Part shown: piece by piece, positions 46,366-57,622 of the stretch
How the letters are laid out: the number at the start of each line of letters is the position of its first letter
Position numbering within the stretch: position 1 is the first letter of the stretch
Source: the human T2T-CHM13v2.0 reference genome, Homo sapiens
Direction: 5' to 3' (one strand)
Assembly (NCBI RefSeq): GCF_009914755.1
Contig: NC_060925.1
Length of the DNA stretch: 64,000 nucleotides
The notes under the pieces: generated by a model
What the model saw: only the letters and a program-made list of their open reading frames with translations
Databases searched by the model: none
Told to the model about the DNA's origin: nothing
Made by a program: the position numbers and the translations under genes

Positions 46366-47844
46366 TCAACCACTAGTGATTTTTTTTGTGCCTCAGTCAA
46401 GCCAGAAGAAAATACACACAGAAAAAATCTAAGCAGTAGAAAAGTAGGTCACCAATGCAAGACATCTATGATAGTTCTCATGAACCTAATAAACACCTAT
46501 TTCAAAATATACCCATATACTACATGTACCTGAGTAGAATCACAGTAACTGTTAAAGAACTTCATTGTAACTTTCAATAGTATTTCACATAAGCTACCAT
46601 TAAGCTGAAAAACACTGCAGAGAAACTGAAGATACTTGTGCTTCATGAGCTTACAGGGTTAAGGAATGTATTTTAGATTCAGTATCATTCCAGAATATTT
46701 GTGTGTGTGTCTTGTGTATCTATTCTAAAATAATTCTGCCTCACAAGTTAGTTTCAGAGGGGGGTTGACAAATTGGAAGAAATAATATAGATTCATAAAT
46801 GAAATAATCAAAACATTATCAAACACCTTAACGTGGACACTTACTATAGGAATACAGCATATTTTAATAAGGATAAAGTTTGCTGAAGAAAACAGAAGAA
46901 TAGTATTTAGGAACATATATTTAGGCAAACATATATATATACAGTAGTAGAAATATTGAACCTAAGCCAACAATGAAAAAATTAACTTTTTGTTGTTGTT
47001 TTTATTGTTGTTGAAGGTTGACTTCAAATGCTGGCTGCTAATAAACAATATTCTATAACTATTCAACGGCAATTATTCTGTACATAACTAAGTAGGCAGT
47101 GACTCCTGAAGTCACTTAGAAATATGTACTCAAATTTTTTTTAAATTTAATGCCCTGACGCCTCCTTCCTTACACTTTGCATTTTCCCCTAAATGTTTGA
47201 TTTTCATGGAATGAATCCCACTTGGAAGAAAATAGATCTTTTCCTTTTCATTTCTTGCCTATATTTAAAATGGTGCTCTATACAAATTATTTTATTTGAA
47301 TTTCTACCTCTACCTGTTGATTCCATATTTATCCTTCTATTAATAACTCTTATTTTTTGTCTCTCAATATATATATATTTCTACCACAACTGCTTTTGTA
47401 GCAGCAACATGTACATTTAGTTGTTCCCTTCCACTACTGGTAATAAATACTGTGGCTTTTTAAACGTTGCATCTAAAATATAGAGAATTGAAAACAATTC
47501 TTAATAAAAGAATAATGACACGGCAAAAATAACTCTAATGATGTAACAAACCAGTTAGTTTTGTGATTATAATTTCTATAAAGATCAACATTATTTGACA
47601 AAATGTTCCATGTTTATAAGAGCTCCTTCTCAGGACTACCATGACTACTGAAGGGACAATGAGCTTCTGATCTGGGATTATAATTTAGAATAATTTAGTT
47701 TGTGTTCTATCTCCAAGTTTTTTCTCAGTGGCAGGACAAAACATGATGAGATATCCATATAGCCTTTTTCTCTCCACTTTTTGCAACCAAATCTGTCTAT
47801 ATGCTAATACTAGAACAAAGTAAGTGCTCCGCCTTCTGAATGCT

Positions 47845-48818
47845 GTGTGAGTGGATAAAACAAACTCAGTTTCTCCACTAAAATCTCACAACACGCTTCT
47901 GACACCAGGTGTGTGCGAACTGCTCCCCACCAGCAAGCAAGCAAGCAATCAATTCTGTAGTGGACACAAGCTGAATGTCTTCTAATTCAGCTCAATTCTG
48001 ACACTATCTACCTGATGATAGCACCAGTTCCTACAGGTTGAGAGCTCATTCCCCAAAACTGCCCCCTACCACTTCAAATGCCAATAACAAGCCCCAGGTT
48101 ATTTTACCTGTGCTTCTGACCAACCAGCTATAAACTGGGATTCCCACAACCCCTTCTTCGGGTTAGATTAACTGGTTAGAGCAGCTTACAGAACCCGGGG
48201 TGGGGGGTGGGGGGTGGGGGTGGCGGCGGGGCAGGGAACAAAACAAAACAAAACAAAACAAAACAAAACAAAAACCAAACTTTTACTAGTTTATTACAAA
48301 GAGTATTTTAAAGGATACAAACACAACAGTCAGATGAAGAGACACATAGGGCAAGGTCTGAAAGGGCCCCCAGAGCAGAAGCTTCTGTCCCTGTGGAGCT
48401 GGGGTGTGCCACCTTCTTGGCACACGGAAGCGTTCTAGTTTACTTTCCTGGAAGCACCCCCGTCACCCATATTTGTCTATTGGCAAGTTCTCAGAACCTA
48501 GTCCATTTGAGTTTTTATGGAAAGTTCATTACATAGGCATGATTGATTAGATCATTGGCCACTGTCAATCAACTTAACCTTCAGCCCCTTGACTCTCCCC
48601 GGAGGTTGGGGAGCAGGGCTGAAAGTCCCAATCCTAGTCCTGCCTCAGTCCTTCTGGTGACTAGCCCCTATCCTGTAGTTACCTATGGGCTGTCAGCCAT
48701 CAGTCAACTCATTAGCATACACACACACACACATACTCATCACTTTGGAGATTCCAAAGATTTTAGGAGTTGTATGCCAGGAAACAGGGTAAAGATGAAA
48801 ATTTCACAATATCACCAT
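47845..48818. mobile_element. MER21-like ERV LTR
   Basis: ctaattcagctcaattctgacactatctacctg…acaggttgagagctcattccccaaaactgccccc…gggctgaaagtcccaa. Confidence 0.7.
48197..48274. repeat. (GnT)4 G-run followed by (AAAAC)n
   Basis: G4-T-G6-T-G6-T-G5 at 48197-48220; aaaac repeats at 48237-48274. Confidence 0.9.
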
Positions 48819-49148
48819 GTGTTTTTATAAATTAGTAACATTGGATATTAATTCAGTCTCTATTTGGTGCTTTTGTAATGAAGAAACTGAGGTCCTCTAC
48901 ATGCTCTCTTAACCAAGTTGGTTGCATCTGACAGATTTACTGGACTATTTCCTTCCCTTGTTTTCCTCCCTAAGAGACACAAAAGATGGCCAAGTAATGC
49001 TGATGCTTTATAACCAGTGGTACCCCTGTATACCTACGAAATTTCTGCTTTTATTAGTTGAGTTGTCTACTTATCAAGAGTCAGCTGTATGTTTCTCGCC
49101 CTGTTTCTGTTGGATATAAATGTAAATAAATAAACATTAATTAGTTAT

Positions 49149-49272
49149 ATGGATGCAAAAAGAAAGAAGGTTGATTCTATGAAAACTAAGTTGAATGTTC
49201 TTGAAGGATATGATAAAAATGAGTTACTTAAAAAATACTGCTGTCAAATTAGGTGTTGGTCAAACCACTGAA
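49149..49272 (+). mobile_element. Fossil pogo/Tigger transposase N-terminal HTH fragment
   Basis: Manual translation MDAKRKKVDSMKTKLNVLEGYDKNELLKK, frameshift, TAVKLGVGQTT resembles the CENP-B/psq-type HTH. Confidence 0.6.
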
Positions 49273-52200
49273 ATGACTGCAGGACAAACATAAAAATCTG
49301 GAAAATTGCATTGTATGATTCTCGAAGGTCTTGTACCACTTTTAAAAATGAAAATGGTAGACAATATGTTATAGATAGATTTAGGCAAGATACATAATAC
49401 ACATCTGGCTATTTTATTTAAAAACATCTTGGCCCTGGATTTTTTTAAAAGAAAAAGGAAAATGAGAAAATATCTATATGCTTTAAATAAAATTATAAGC
49501 TTTGGTCATGTGCTGCTTATGTAATAAATAATAAAATGATGAGGTTAATGTATGTGTATATCCTTTTTACAGTTTCCCATTTTAACTTTTTCTGATTAAC
49601 CAACAAAGTATTAATTTTGGTTTCATAGGAAAAGAGAAATTAAGGAATTAAACTAATTAAGGAATTCATTTAGCTATAGTCATTCTTTCAGTTACAAATT
49701 CTTTCTTTAGGTACACTGTCAAAATTATCTTTCGTATTCAGTAATTCTTATTCATTTGGTAGAAGAAAATAAATATGCCTGGACTCCACTAATATCACAT
49801 TATAAACAATTAAGGTGAAGTCATATTGAATTATTAGTAGAAGTAACTAAAAAAGTAAATTTAATATTATAACAGAATGACACTTAAGAAGGGAATTTCT
49901 GACAAACTGGAAAACGCTTTTCTTCACATTAATACCAGATCTGACACTACCATATCATTTCTATACATGAACAATTCCTACCACATTACCTACTCCAAAT
50001 TGAAATCCTAGCTAGGCAATCTCATCATGTTCTACTCCTGGTATAATTACTGAACTTTCTCTCTCTCATTTTTCCTATATAATCTCTATATTCAGAGCTT
50101 CCATTTGTCCACCCTATGCTTTTTGGTGAAATAAAAAGGAGTTGCTGCACAGTGCAAAACTTATGGACCAAACAGAGAACATCTTTATGAAAATTTGAGG
50201 AAGGTACTCCCTCCTCTGTATAGAAGCAGAACAACAAAAGGTTTTATTGTTTGATTAGTGGAGCTTGGTCTGGATTTCAGCCAGCTTGTACCCTGGTCTG
50301 GGTACCCCTCATGGAGTGAGCAACATATAAAATCTTATCCAGTAGCCTTCTTTAAATCCCAGTAAATCTAATTACCCAGTATTATTCTAATTTTTCTTAT
50401 TCTTTTTAAATTTTGTTTCTTGTTGTTTGTGATGTCCTTGCTGATTCCACATCCTAATACCCACATCCAGATGGAATCAGTCATTGTCTCTTCCAGGTTA
50501 CCTTTGTAACTTGATGCTTTTTATTATTGTGTTAAGTATGCTATATTGGGCTTACATTTACACAACTCACTTCTTTACTAGACAATAGGATTCTTACTTG
50601 CAAATTTAAATCTAATAATTGGTGCTATCTATTATATCCACTACTTTTTAAAATGCATCTTTTGAATGAATGAATTAATTAATGCATAAATGAGATTGAT
50701 GGATGTATGTGGATGAATAAATTAATGACTAAATAAAATGCTTTTGCAACTACCTAAAATATCCTATTTCAATATTCATCTGTTAAGACTCTATACATCA
50801 GATTTCTATTCAAATTTCCTATTTGCCATCTTTTTCCTGATCTCGTTTTAACAATACAAGGTGAATGATTTCTAATAACCCACAACAATGGTATACACAA
50901 CAAATATTCACAAAGCTTAGTCTTTACCAAGAGCTTTCCATACTTTCTTTCATAATCTTCTGCAAGACCCAAGAAGATAGCAGCTCTAATTATTATTTTA
51001 AGTAATAATAATAATTTATAATTGCTTATTCACTTCTATACCCTGGAGTGCTGAAGTAACCTGTCCAAGGTAACATGATTGGAAAGTGTTGGAACTGGAT
51101 CTGATGTCTTCTCTGTAGTTCAGAGAGCCCAAATTTATAACCACTATATTATACTGCTCTTATTTATGCATTGTGGTACCCTCCCGAAGTCAAGTGTGGG
51201 CCCAAAGGCTATTACTTAATAAGTGGTAATTGAGCAAATTAACTGATGAAATTTAAGTGAAGCTCTCCTCAGAGAAATTGCCTCCACTTTCTCCCAACAT
51301 GGATGTCTTCAAACAATCACATTTATCTGAAAATGCATATTACAAAGAATTTCTAAACACCCAATTGCATGCATTAATACTATAATCTGTTTATAAAATC
51401 ATATTTTAAAATAAGCTATTCAATGTTACCTTTTCCCCCAAAACAAACTAATGTAAAATATAAGACAAAATGTCATAAGCCTTAGTTGTGAAACATACTA
51501 TAGACATTACAGAAATTTTTTTAACAAATGCTACATTTGTGAGAAAACAATATTATATGCTAATGAACTTATCATATAACAAACTCATTAGTTTTCTTAA
51601 CTCCTCCTTAAATGTATTTAAGATAAATGATTTCTGCATATTTTTCCTATGTAATAGATGAATACTTTATTTTGAGGGTACAGCAATACATAAACATGGT
51701 TCCTAGCTTGTGCAGAGACAGACCAGTAAGCAGGCTTCAAACAAGGAGCACAAAGGAAGTTCATGTCACAAACTCCCTGGACGAGGAGGAGAAAGCCAAT
51801 CCTGAAGGACAAGTGGGACTCAACCAGAGGGAAATGGGTGAAGTGGGGGAAAGGCCCAGATTCAGGAGAAATCTTGGTATGCTTGGGGACATTCAAATCA
51901 GCATCTCAAAGCTAAGAAGTTTGGCCTTTACCTTGAGTGTGAGTAAAAGTCATTGAAGGGTTTTAAATGAGCTAATTAGGATTCAACTGATAATCTAGAA
52001 AGATGACTCTGGCTGCAGTGTAGGGGCATTGGATTTGACAGGAGAGAAAGTGGAGGCAATTTCAAGAGAGGTGATAGAGGCCAGAACTAAGTTAATGACA
52101 ATGTGGAGAGAGAAAAATCCCACTTTGTCTATATGTACCTTGTTAGCCTTATCGCTGCTTAGCACTTTGCATCCAACACCCTGGCAGGAAGGTGGAAATG

Positions 52201-53577
52201 TTGATTTTACTTGACAGAGATTTTTACCTACCTTCCATCTCTACTCCATTTTAACATGTAATTCAACACTTAGTTTGACAAGTCTGAATCCTTCAACCAA
52301 ATCCAAAATTCTTACATGGCACAACCTTTATTTTATATTTCAAACACTATCATTCCTAGCAATATGTGTTTTTAAAGCACATGCATGTTTTCTTCATTAT
52401 AGCTAAAGGTCTGTTTCTCTCCTTTCTCTACACATCAGATTTCTATTCAAACTTCCTATCTGCCATTACATGGAAGTAAAATAATTTCTTTTTTTTTCCA
52501 GTACACATTTATTAGATTCAGGAAGTTACAAGACAACAGTGAAATGAACAGAAAAAAAAAAAAACATTAAGATTCCTTTAGAATGATATTGTGAAACACC
52601 ACCAAACTACAATCATAAATATATTTAAGCATTGTTTATTCATTTTAATTTAAAATCTATAAATGGATTTAAATATTTAGGATAAGAACAAAAAACAAAA
52701 TCCTCCACTGACCTGTGTTCAATTTTACTTTTTCAAATCTTTTTAGCTTCTCTGCCCACATACCATTTTCACTATGAATTCACACATTCACTGGGCTTCA
52801 TCTGGTCTAACACAAGAACCTCATCTCTTATCCCTTGATTCCACTTTCATTTCTTAAAGGAGCTAGCAGGCTGCTCAGTAAGATTTCTGGTCAATCAAAA
52901 TTATAACTCCACACAAAAGATAAAATAAAATAAGGGTATAAAAGAGTTTTTAAGAGATAGAATAAGAATTGACCAGTTATATAGAAAAGAGAGAAGAATA
53001 AAACTTAGATAAGTAGTTGGTAAATACAGCTATGTACCGTTTTGTCTTATAATGAAAAAAAATTATGTGCATGTTGTATATGTGCACCAATGTAAATCTT
53101 TTAACTGTACTTTCTTGAGCGTATCTCTTATTCTGAGACTCTAGCCTTTCCTAACTTTTTCATAAAGTGTCCTATTAATTTATATAAATAAATGTCAGTT
53201 TCCTTTGTTCTAATATTGTTATTCTGTAAAAGAAGAAGCCATCAGCATTGTATTGATTTCCAAATCAATGTTGAAATTTTAATTATTCTGAGTAATTTAT
53301 GAGGACCACTAACTTAGTAGGTTTGAACCTGGAAATAAAAAATGTTAAATACTGGAGTTGGAGCAAGTTGGGAAGAAATGTTTGACTTAAAAGCAGTGAA
53401 TCTGAAATGTAGGAAAGACATTTACATGAAGATGTTTGGTGAATATGAAAAGTAGATTAGAGACACAAGGGAAGATATTCAGTGGACTGCTGGATTATGC
53501 AAGAGAGTGCCCTGTTGGAGGTACAGATTAGAGAGTTACACAGCAGGAGGTAAGATTAAAAACTGTGAAACTAAAAA

Positions 53578-55111
53578 CTGCCAACTAATAGTAATGGCCC
53601 CGAACCGTGAAGAAAGGGAATTTCGTGCTCCAACTTTGGCATCCCTAGAAAACTGCATGAAGCTTTCTCAGATGGCCGTTCAGGGACTTCAGCAATTTAA
53701 GTCTCCCCTTCTGCAGCTCCCTTACATTGAAGAGGACAATCTTAGACAGGTTTCTAATCATAAGAAGTATAAAATTTAAACTATCCAGGATTTGGTGAGT
53801 TTAAAGAATCAGATTGTCATACTCTACTGCACTTCCTTGAAGATGAAAAATATGAAGAGGTTATGGCTGTCCTTGGGAGTTTTCCATATGTGACCATGAA
53901 TATAAAATCACAGGTGTTAGATGATGAAGACAGCAACAACATCACAGTAGGATCCTTAGTTACAGTGCTGGTTAAGTTGACAAGGCAAACAATGGCTGAA
54001 GTATTTGAAAAGGAGCAGTCCTTCTGTGCTGCAGAGGAACAGCCAGCAGAAGATGGGCAGGGTGAAACTAACAAGAACAGGACAAAACGAGGATGGCAAC
54101 AGAAGAGTAAAGGACCCAAGAAAACTGCTAAATCAAAAAAAAAGAAACCTTTAAAAAAAAAAACCTGCACCTGTGCTATTACCACAGTCAAAGCAACAGA
54201 AACAAAAGCTGGCAAATGGAGTTGTTGGGAATGAAGCTGCAGTAAAGGAAGATGAAGAAGAAGTTTCAGATAAGGGCAGTGATTCTGAAGAAGAAGAAAC
54301 CAATAGAGATTCCTGAAGTGAGAAAGATGATGGTAGTGACAGAGACTCTGATAGAGAGCAAGATGAAAAACAAAACAAAGATGATGAAGCAGAGTGGCAA
54401 GAATTACTACAAAGCATACAGCAAGAAGAGAGCGCTCTATTGGAAACCAAATCAAAAATAACACATCCTGTGTATAGCCTTTACTTTCCTGAGGAAAAAC
54501 AAGAATGGTGGTGGCTTTACATTGCAGATAGGAAGGAGCAGACATTAATATCCATGCCATATCATGTGTGTACACTAAAAGATACAGAGGAAGTAGAGCT
54601 GAAGTTTCCTGCACCAGGCAAGCCTGGAAATTATCAGTATACTGTGTTTCTGAGATCAGACTCCTATATGGGTTTGGATCAGATTAAACCATTGAAGTTG
54701 GAAGTTCATGAGGCCAAGCCTGTGCCAGAAAATCACCCACAGTGGGATACAGCAATAGAGGGGGATGAAGACCAGGAGGACAGTGAGGGCTTTGAAGATA
54801 GCTTTGAGGAAGAAGAGGAGGAAGAGGAAGATGATGACTAAGCAGTACTCTGAATGGACCATAGTGTTTGCACATATTTGCAATTTTTTGCTGTTTTGGA
54901 AGTTTATCATAAACCAGAAACAGTACAGAACTGATGTTGAGGGAGGTGTAGTTTTTTTACTCTAGAAATGGGTGCATAATATAACTAGGCAGTGGCAGTG
55001 CCTTGGTACAACCTGAAAAATGTTAAGGCTTACTGAAACCTTTCAAGTATGGGATGGTGCATTTATTTCATCTGCAAATGATAATAAATCCTTTGTTATT
55101 ATTAAAAAAAA
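53578..55111 (+). pseudogene. SEC63P1: 5'-truncated processed pseudogene of SEC63 (probably SEC63P1), antisense to DPYD
   Basis: Intronless SEC63 C-terminal half across ORFs 53507, 53863 and 54440 (CQLIVMA.NREEREFRAPTLASLENCMKLSQ… to …FEEEEEEEEDDD*). Stops TAA 53777-79 and TGA 54314-16, frameshifts near 53803 and in the A-run near 54153-54163. AATAAA at 55083-88, short poly(A), 16-bp TSD at 53558-73 and 55107-22. Confidence 0.93.
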
Positions 55112-55549
55112 CTGTGAAATTACTCTGAAAATAAGAGTAGAATGAGAAAATAAAAACAGGAAGATAGTTTGGGGGGCAGGAAATGCAGAAGGAGGCAAAG
55201 TAGGGAACCATCCACTCCCTGAGTGGATAGCTGTCCTTTGCTGCTTCCTCTGTCTGAGGCAATAAACACTTGGTAAAGCATAGTGCTGCTATCTATCCTT
55301 CAGTCACTGCAAAGACTGGAGCCTGAACCACTCACCAACTTGTCTCCTTTGGGTTTTCCAGTGTCTGTCTCTGTTTAAATTGTGTTCTTTTTCTTTCTTT
55401 CTTTCTTTGCCTAGCCTAGTCCCTTTTGATGTATAACTTTTTAAAGTTTTAAAATTTTAGATTTGGCATCTCCCTAGATGCTATTTCCTGAATCAAAGCT
55501 TTGTCTCTTTGCAAAATCCACAGGCTCCTTTCTCTCTCTTTCTCTCTCG

Positions 55550-55684
55550 TTGTTTTGTTGTTGTTGTTGTTGTTTAAAGATGAGGTCTCACTCTGTCACC
55601 CAGGCTAGAGTGCAGTGGTGTGATCATAGCTCACTATAGCCTCCAACTTCTGGGCTTAAGTAATCCTCCCACCTCAGTCTCCCA
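55550..55684 (-). mobile_element. Partial AluJ right arm with (GTT)n tail
   Basis: gatgaggtctcactctgtcacccaggctagagtgcagtgg…cctcccacctcagtctccc. Confidence 0.8.
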
Positions 55685-56332
55685 ATTACCTCATTCATTT
55701 TGAGATTCCTACATTTCTGGGACACCACGGTTTGGCCCAACAACTCAAGCCCCACTACTCAAAGATGCCAAGGAGGAGGTGGAAGTAGGCAGGTGAATCA
55801 AACTTTTAAAAGATGATACTATCAGTGTCAAGTCCAGGCCCTACCTAGCAAATAAGTAGGTCCTGCATTAGTTACACAAACATGAGAAGGACAACTAGAA
55901 TAGACAAAATGGTCATGGAAAAGAGGAAGAAATTAAAGGAAGCATTAAAGATAAAGTGAATTTTGTTAGCATGTGGGAAACAAACAAGAGAACCAAAACA
56001 AGAGTGGTAAAAACAAGAGTGGTAAAAAGGCATAGTGTGAGCACTCTTCCTTGAATAGGAAAGAAAGAATAAAAATTTTATTAACAAGAGCAAATTTTCC
56101 AGGAACATTTTACATAAATGAGGTAACTGTATCTACATTTAATTAAATCACAGAACAAAAAGAAAACAAAGCATTTAGTCGGAAAGTAAGCTACTGAGAT
56201 CTGGTAGTTACACTTTTCTTCCTCAAGACCACAGTCGTTGTGGCAAAGTATGCTCAGCTTCACATCTCATCATTTCACATTCTGTATCCTAAATTGTTAA
56301 AAACTAAATTGTTTTCAAAAATTACAACTGAA

Positions 56333-56654
56333 GGCTGGGCACGGTGGCTTATGTCTGTAATCCCAGCACTTTGGGAGGCTGAGGTGGGCGGATCACTTGA
56401 GGCCAGGAGTTTGAGACCAGCTTGGCCAACATAGTGAAACCCCATCTCTACTAAAAATACAAAAATTAGCTGGGTGTGGTGGCATGAACCTATAGTCCCA
56501 GCTACTCAGGGGCTGAGGCATAAGAATTGCTTGAACCCAGGAGGTGGAGGCTGCAGTGAGCCAAGATCGTGCCACTGCACTCCAGCCTGGGCATTAGAGC
56601 GAGACTTTGTCTCAAAAAATATAAAAAAATTAAATTTAATTTAATTTAAAAAAT
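56333..56654 (+). mobile_element. AluS-like element with a perfect 16-bp TSD
   Basis: Full dimer; aaaaattacaactgaa at 56317-32 and 56655-70. Confidence 0.93.
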
Positions 56655-56937
56655 AAAAATTACAACTGAAATTCATCAAATGTTTGTTTCCTTTCCACTT
56701 AGGTGCATAGAATTTGGAAAACAGACAGGACCTTATCTGGTCCAAATGAACAGATCAAACCATCTTTTGGAGTATGTAAGATTATAATTAATGTAGATTC
56801 TAGTATATGTCCTATAATATTGTATACCATCAGATTTGATAAGTGTATGATCTATGTATTTAAGCCAATAATAAATATTTTGAACACATCAGGACTAATG
56901 ACTTCACAGTACTCAAATGGTAGGAATGCATGATAAA

Positions 56938-57245
56938 TTTTCTTTCTTATTTTTTTTTTTTGAGACAAGGTCTCTCTCTGTTGTCCAGGTTGAAGTGCAA
57001 GTGGCACGATCATGGCTTACTGCAGCCTTGACCTCCTCAGCTCAAGAGATCCTCCCACCTCAGCCTCCCAAGAAGCTCGTACCACAGGCGTGTGCCACCA
57101 TGCCCATCTAATTTTTTATTTTTTGTAGAGATGGGATATTCCTATGTTGCCCAGGCTGATCTTGAACACCGGGCTCAAGCATCCTCCCGCTTCAGCCTCC
57201 AAAATTGCTGGGATTATAGGCATTAGGTGGCATGCCCGCCTGGCC
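56938..57245 (-). mobile_element. AluJ-like element
   Basis: tttgagacaaggtctctctctgttgtccagg…gctcaagagatcctccc…ctgggattatagg. Confidence 0.88.
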
Positions 57246-57437
57246 CAATTTTTAATCAACTCAACAGTTCTACTACCTAGTCTACATTTTAAAATTTGTA
57301 TCCAAGTATGTACGTGACATATTGTATATATGCTTATTATATACCAAATAGAAATGCTCTTATAGATGAGTATCAAAAATAAATGAAGCACTTATCCATT
57401 GGAAAAGAATTAAGTGGAAATGATGGCAAATGCCTAC

Positions 57438-57622
57438 CTGTACGTATTTGTGAATGTACCAAGAAGCTTGCTTTCCATCATTCACCGATTCCACTGTAGT
57501 GTTAGCCAAACCAACGACATCACCACCTGCAAATACCCATGCTTCACTAGTTTGCATAGTTTCTGGATCTACTTCTGGGAGACCCCATCTGTTAAATTTT
57601 ATAGGGCTCAAGGCTTCTTTTA
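57438..57622 (-). CDS. DPYD: DPYD coding exon 12 (185 nt, phase 1 to 0), FAD-binding region: (V)[61 protein letters not shown]
   Basis: ORF 57360..57656 contains the DPD peptide with the TSxxxVFAGGD flavoprotein motif. Acceptor ttttcag| ends at 57623 and donor CAG|gtaggc starts at 57437 on the minus strand. The 185-nt length matches recalled c.1340-1524. Confidence 0.97.

Noticed and set aside
53817-54614. 265-aa minus-strand ORF, the longest in the window
   Set aside because: Antisense shadow of the SEC63 pseudogene, with no recognisable protein features or exon structure.
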